Origin: a virus
Taxonomy: Duplodnaviria > Caudoviricetes
Strand: one strand, 5' to 3'
Virus record (IMG/VR): IMGVR_UViG_3300042542_005523
Length of the DNA stretch: 64,000 bases
Shown here: positions 59,804 through 64,000 of the stretch, in pieces
Position numbering within the stretch: position 1 is the stretch's first letter
How the letters are laid out: each line of letters begins with the position of its first letter
Made by a program: the position numbers and the translations under genes
Notes under the pieces: model-generated
Told to the model about the DNA's origin: nothing
What the model saw: the letters and a program-made list of their open reading frames with translations, nothing else
Database searches by the model: none

Positions 59804-62320
59804 ATGCAAGTAATTAAGAGAGACGGTTCTAAAGAACCAGTGAGATTTGAGAAAGTTTCTAATAGAATTAGGAAGATGACCTATGGTCTAAATCAAGACC
59901 TAGTTGATCCTGTGGGTATTTCACAGAAGGTAATTGCGGGGATTTATGATGGTATATCCACTCAAGAGTTGGATACGCTAGCCGCTGAGACAGCTGCCTC
60001 TATGATACCGAAACACCCTGACCATTCCATTCTAGCTTCTAGAATTGCAGTTTCCAGACTGCATAAAACAACAAAGAAGAAATTCTCAGATACCATAGAT
60101 ACTCTTTATAATTACATAGATCCTGTTACTAACAAGCCAGCTGGAATGATTAGTGAAAAGACCTATCAGGTTGTAATGCAGAATAAAAACAAGCTGGATA
60201 GCGCAATACTACACGAGAGAGATTTCGATTTTGAGTATTTTGGATTTAAGACTCTTGAGAGAAGCTACCTATTAAAAACAAATGGCGAGGTAGCAGAAAC
60301 ACCGCAGCACATGTATATGCGTGTTGCCGCTGGTATATGGGGAGATGATATGAAGAACGTTATTAAAACTTACGAACTTCTTTCGAATCATATGATGACC
60401 CACGCAACGCCCACCCTATTCAACTCTGGAACTAGAAAGCCTCAACTTTCATCCTGTTTCCTTCTAATGATGGACGATGATTCAATTCCTGGTATCTATA
60501 AGACATTATCAGATGTTGCTGTTATCTCACAGAACGCAGGAGGTATTGGATTGGCTATTCATAACGTCAGAAGCACAGGTTCTTATATTAAAGGCACAAA
60601 TGGTAATTCCAATGGTATTATACCAATGCTAAGAGTTTTCAACGAGACTGCAAGATATGTTGATCAAGGAGGCGGAAGACGTAAAGGATCCTTCGCAATC
60701 TATATCGAGCCTTGGCATGCTGACATCGAGGATTTCTTAGATCTTAGAAAGAATACAGGTAAGGAAGAAAGAAGAGCTCGTGATCTTTTCTTGGCTCTTT
60801 GGACACCGGATATCTTCATGAAGAGAGTGAAAGAAAATGGCGAATGGTCACTATTCTCGCCATCTGACGTGGAAGGTATTTGGGAACTATATGGAGATGC
60901 ATTTGATCAAGCTTATATTGCTGCTGAAGAAGCTGGAAAGGCTAGAAAAACAGTCAAAGCAAGAGATCTCTGGGCGAAAATAATCGAGTCACAAATAGAG
61001 ACAGGAACACCCTATATTCTATACAAGGACCATGCTAATAAGAAATCCAATCAGAAGAATATCGGCACAATTAAAAGCTCTAACCTATGTACCGAGATCA
61101 TGGAGGTTACTTCTAAAGAGGAACAAGCCGTTTGTAACCTTGCATCCATTCCGGTTAACAAGTTCTTAAAGTCTACCGACGCTAGAACAACTAAGTTAAT
61201 AAGAGGCAAGTGCGACGTTGATCACGATGAGCTCTATAAGGTGTCTTATCAGACAACACTTAATCTAAATCAGGTTATTGATGTCAACTATTATCCAACA
61301 GAGGAGACTAAGAGATCCAATATGAAGCACAGACCAATCGGAATAGGCATTCAGGGATTGGCCGATCTATATGCCATCATGGGTATCGGATTCACATCGG
61401 AAGAAGCCAGAAAGATAAACTCTGATATTTTTGAGACAATATATTTTGCATCATGCACAGCTTCTAAAGATCTAGCAAAAGCCAATGGTGCATATGAATC
61501 ATTCGAGGGCTCCCCGATTAGCAAAGGAGAATTCCAGTTTAATATGTGGGGATTCAATGACGACGATCTTTCAGGAAGATGGGACTGGGGAAAATTGAGA
61601 AAGGATGTTATGAAACATGGTGTTAGAAACTCACTGCTATTAGCACCAATGCCTACAGCTTCTACAGCTCAGATCATGGGTAACAATGAGGCATTTGAGC
61701 CTTTCACATCTAATATCTACACCAGAAGAACACTATCAGGAGAATTTGTAGTTGTTAATAAGCATCTCGTGAAAGATCTCATCAATCTTGACCTTTGGGG
61801 AGAGGATATGAAGAATATGATCATAATCAATAAGGGATCTATACAGAACATTCCTAGCATACCGGATGATATCAAGGAGGTCTATAAAACGGTGTGGGAG
61901 ATTAAGCAAAAAGATCTATTGGATATGTCAGCAGACAGAGGAAGATTTATTTGCCAATCTCAGTCTATGAACTTGTTCATCGAGGGTGTGAATGCTGCTA
62001 AATTGACAGCTGCTCACTTCCATAGTTGGGAGATAGGCTTAAAGACTGGTATGTACTATTTAAGAACTAAATCAGCAGCTGATGCTCTTTCAGGGCTAGG
62101 AGTTGATCTATCTAAATATAAGACACAAAAGACAGAAGAGGCTAAACCAGTTCAAGCTGAGCCGGCTAAACAAATTGAGGTTACTAAAGTGGCAACTTCT
62201 CTGCCTCCGGAGATCACAGCCAATTCACAGGAGTTAGCTGACCTGGCTGCTAAATTAACTTCTGACATAGTCTGTAGTCTTGATAGCGGGCCAGACGAGT
62301 GTATTGCTTGCGGATCTTAA
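59804..62320 (+). CDS. nrdA: Ribonucleotide reductase class Ia alpha subunit with N-terminal ATP cone
   Basis: VIKRDG ATP cone, ATPTLFN, QLSSCF, SNLCTEI, VCNLAS, APMPTAS, KTGMYYLR, C-terminal CxxC-type redox tail. Confidence 0.98.
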   Translation: MQVIKRDGSKEPVRFEKVSNRIRKMTYGLNQDLVDPVGISQKVIAGIYDGISTQELDTLAAETAASMIPKHPDHSILASRIAVSRLHKTTKKKFSDTIDTLYNYIDPVTNKPAGMISEKTYQVVMQNKNKLDSAILHERDFDFEYFGFKTLERSYLLKTNGEVAETPQHMYMRVAAGIWGDDMKNVIKTYELLSNHMMTHATPTLFNSGTRKPQLSSCFLLMMDDDSIPGIYKTLSDVAVISQNAGGIGLAIHNVRSTGSYIKGTNGNSNGIIPMLRVFNETARYVDQGGGRRKGSFAIYIEPWHADIEDFLDLRKNTGKEERRARDLFLALWTPDIFMKRVKENGEWSLFSPSDVEGIWELYGDAFDQAYIAAEEAGKARKTVKARDLWAKIIESQIETGTPYILYKDHANKKSNQKNIGTIKSSNLCTEIMEVTSKEEQAVCNLASIPVNKFLKSTDARTTKLIRGKCDVDHDELYKVSYQTTLNLNQVIDVNYYPTEETKRSNMKHRPIGIGIQGLADLYAIMGIGFTSEEARKINSDIFETIYFASCTASKDLAKANGAYESFEGSPISKGEFQFNMWGFNDDDLSGRWDWGKLRKDVMKHGVRNSLLLAPMPTASTAQIMGNNEAFEPFTSNIYTRRTLSGEFVVVNKHLVKDLINLDLWGEDMKNMIIINKGSIQNIPSIPDDIKEVYKTVWEIKQKDLLDMSADRGRFICQSQSMNLFIEGVNAAKLTAAHFHSWEIGLKTGMYYLRTKSAADALSGLGVDLSKYKTQKTEEAKPVQAEPAKQIEVTKVATSLPPEITANSQELADLAAKLTSDIVCSLDSGPDECIACGS

Positions 62321-62329
62321 TTAAGAATA

Positions 62330-62337
62330 GATAAATA
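62330..62337 (+). promoter_or_regulatory. Putative phage late promoter box GATAAATA
   Basis: Ends 4 nt before the adk ATG at 62342. Confidence 0.55.
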
Positions 62338-62341
62338 GGAT

Positions 62342-62983
62342 ATGAATTCTAGCATTAAAAGATTTTCCGATTTTGTAAACGAAAGGGAGCTTCCTGATAA
62401 GCAGGGAAAAATAATAGTTCTACTTGGCCCTCCTGGATCAGGGAAAGGTACTCTAGCAAAGGGACTAATAAAGGACTATGATTTCCAGCACATCTCAACA
62501 GGTGATCTAATTAGAAACTCAGACGATAAGGAGCTGAAGAAAATCATAGCAAATGGAAAGATGATTCCAGATGATAAGATGCTTGAGATACTAAAGGAAA
62601 AAGTTAAGGAACTTGATTTAGAAAAAAATATAGCATTTGACGGATTCCCTAGGAATATAGAGCAATCTAAGATGCTAGATAAAATGCTAGGTAAGCTAGG
62701 TCTTGGTTTAAATTATGCTATTTTCTTAGACCTTCCAAGAGAAGAAGCAATCGATAGATTAAAGAAAAGAGCTAAAGAAGAGGGAAGGAAGGACGATGCT
62801 AGTTTTGAAACTATTAACAAGAGATTTGACGAGTATCTTGAAAAGACTTTACCTCTGATAGAGCTTTACACTAAAAACAGGAAAGTCAAGAGAATAGACT
62901 CGTCTGAAGGGAAGGATGCGGTTTTGTCTAATGTTGTTGATGCTTTGGGCTTGAAAAAGTCCAAGGAGCAAAATAAAGGATAA
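62342..62983 (+). CDS. adk: Adenylate kinase (short LID) with a capsid-targeting-like N-terminal extension
   Basis: LLGPPGSGKGT, HISTGDLIR, DGFPR..EQ, R.DD; about 22 extra N-terminal residues starting MNSSIKRFSDFVNE. Confidence 0.92.
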   Translation: MNSSIKRFSDFVNERELPDKQGKIIVLLGPPGSGKGTLAKGLIKDYDFQHISTGDLIRNSDDKELKKIIANGKMIPDDKMLEILKEKVKELDLEKNIAFDGFPRNIEQSKMLDKMLGKLGLGLNYAIFLDLPREEAIDRLKKRAKEEGRKDDASFETINKRFDEYLEKTLPLIELYTKNRKVKRIDSSEGKDAVLSNVVDALGLKKSKEQNKG

Positions 62984-63618
62984 TGCGTTCTGAAGCAGTC
63001 GACCAATTCGTAAATTCCTTAAAAAAGAGGATTAAAGAGGAGAAGCTTAAACAGAGTGTCGAAAGGACATTCTTAGAGGAAGCCGTGAATCTTCTGGTCT
63101 CAGTTTTCTCTTCTGGAACTGGATCTTTTGTAAAGGGTGTTAAGAATTATAAATCTAAGGACTTTAGCTCTTATATTGATGTTGAATCCACAGACGAAGG
63201 AAAACTTAAAACCATAATAAAGGAGTCAATTCGGGGCATAGATTCTAAAATGAAATGGCTGGATCTAGGCGATCTAGTTATAATAAGCTGCAATCTCAAA
63301 AGTCTAGAACTCATATCGGGTTCTCTAGAAAATCCTGTACTGGTAGAAGTTTATCCTTCTCCTTCTGGAAAAAATACCAGAATTCGTGTTATGTTAGGTA
63401 ACAGGGACAAACACTGCGGTAAGGTTCTAAGAAAGAACATGAAGTGGGTAACCTGGATCTGGAACGGTAAATTACACAAGATAGTACTAGATAGAGTTGA
63501 TCCATTTGCTACAGAGATAATCTTTTCGGGTGAAATAGATGGGCAAACATACGGGATAGCTACAGAATTAGATTATTCAGGTCTTAATTATGAAATCTTA
63601 TCAGTAAATAAACTATAA
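62983..63618 (+). CDS. Hypothetical protein
   Basis: Start overlaps the adk stop (TAATG). Confidence 0.55.
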   Translation: MRSEAVDQFVNSLKKRIKEEKLKQSVERTFLEEAVNLLVSVFSSGTGSFVKGVKNYKSKDFSSYIDVESTDEGKLKTIIKESIRGIDSKMKWLDLGDLVIISCNLKSLELISGSLENPVLVEVYPSPSGKNTRIRVMLGNRDKHCGKVLRKNMKWVTWIWNGKLHKIVLDRVDPFATEIIFSGEIDGQTYGIATELDYSGLNYEILSVNKL

Positions 63619-63638
63619 CGATAACAAAATTTTTCAAA

Positions 63639-64000
63639 ATGCCAACAAGTAGAAATAAAAAGAAAGGTGGTAATAAATCAAATACACCTAAACAAAATTT
63701 TAAACAGGTGCAACAAAATTCAACAATGAAAGCTGCCCCTATATCAGGGTTACAGGAGATTAAAAAACAAACGTCTACCCTGTGTTTGGTTATGATCGTA
63801 AAAGACGAGGCCGATAACATCAGGGAGTGTTTATCAAAAGTAGCACCTTATATCAATTACTGGGTGATTGTAGACACTGGATCCACTGATAATACCATCG
63901 AGGTAATCAGAGAAACAATGGCAGAGTTTGAGATAGAAGGAGAACTTCACGAGAGACCTTGGGTTAACTTTGAGGTTAACAGAACTGAAAGTCTTGAGTT
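63639..64000 (+). CDS. Glycosyltransferase family 2, 3'-truncated and absent from the ORF track
   Basis: Hand translation from ATG 63639: ...TLCLVMIVKDEADNIRECLSKVAPYINYWVIVDTGSTDNTIEVI...HERPWVNFEVNRTESL; open to the window end. Confidence 0.85.
   Translation, partial: MPTSRNKKKGGNKSNTPKQNFKQVQQNSTMKAAPISGLQEIKKQTSTLCLVMIVKDEADNIRECLSKVAPYINYWVIVDTGSTDNTIEVIRETMAEFEIEGELHERPWVNFEVNRTESLE

Noticed and set aside
43887-62320. Inteins or self-splicing introns in UvsW, PolB, NrdA or NrdB
   Set aside because: Proteins are colinear with family motifs at normal lengths, with no intein C/HN signatures or intron gaps.
887-63820. Many short reverse-strand or alternate-frame ORFs in the track (e.g. 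887-1138, 8118-8435, 20841-21260, 47546-47956, 53133-53648, 54590-54979, 63584-63820)
   Set aside because: They are nested antisense to well-supported genes, have no recognisable motifs, and show typical shadow-ORF composition.
1-64000. Alternative genetic code or stop-codon reassignment, as in some large phages
   Set aside because: TAA, TAG (17571, 45410, 58234) and TGA (12705, 39234, 40229) all end genes at sensible boundaries, and code-11 coding density is near complete.
1-64000. CRISPR array, tRNA/rRNA genes, diversity-generating retroelement
   Set aside because: No spaced direct repeats, no cloverleaf in the short intergenic gaps, and no reverse transcriptase or template/variable repeat pair seen by eye. 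tRNAscan-SE and a self-dotplot would confirm.

Overview
Gene-dense 64-kb segment of a large T4-like (myovirus, probably jumbo) phage genome, almost all on the + strand, using the standard genetic code. The host is most likely Bacteroidota: there is an Hc1-like histone protein, a DUF4494-like protein, AU-rich leaders without Shine-Dalgarno sites, and TAnnTTTG boxes. Layout: (1) about 1-39.2 kb is morphogenesis (gp13-like neck, gp25/gp6/gp7-like baseplate, very large propeller and fibre proteins, three paralogous collagen-like fibres, a spanin-like protein, a gp3-like tail terminator), interleaved with a ribosomal protein S1 homolog, an amidoligase-like enzyme and PhoH. (2) 39.5-45.4 kb is replication/recombination (RuvC-like, gp32-like SSB, primase, UvsY, GIY-YIG homing endonuclease, UvsW). 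(3) 45.4-56.7 kb is accessory (Pol-beta-type nucleotidyltransferase, RNA-ligase/HxGH-nucleotidyltransferase fusion, PD-(D/E)xK nuclease, Hc1, DUF3008, DnaK, MBD4-like glycosylase, flavoprotein). (4) 56.8-64 kb is DNA/nucleotide metabolism (N-terminal half of a split PolB, dUTPase, NrdB/NrdA, adenylate kinase, GT2). The strongest unexplained signal is a short N-terminal motif resembling the T4 capsid-targeting sequence on otherwise unrelated proteins, including enzymes. Several of these genes sit behind a recurring GATA[T/A]ATA late-promoter-like box, which suggests a virion-packaged, injected enzyme payload. Other highlights are an isolated Hsp70 substrate-binding domain inside the first ORF and probable leaderless late mRNAs. 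All family calls come from motif recognition by eye; no database searches were run.
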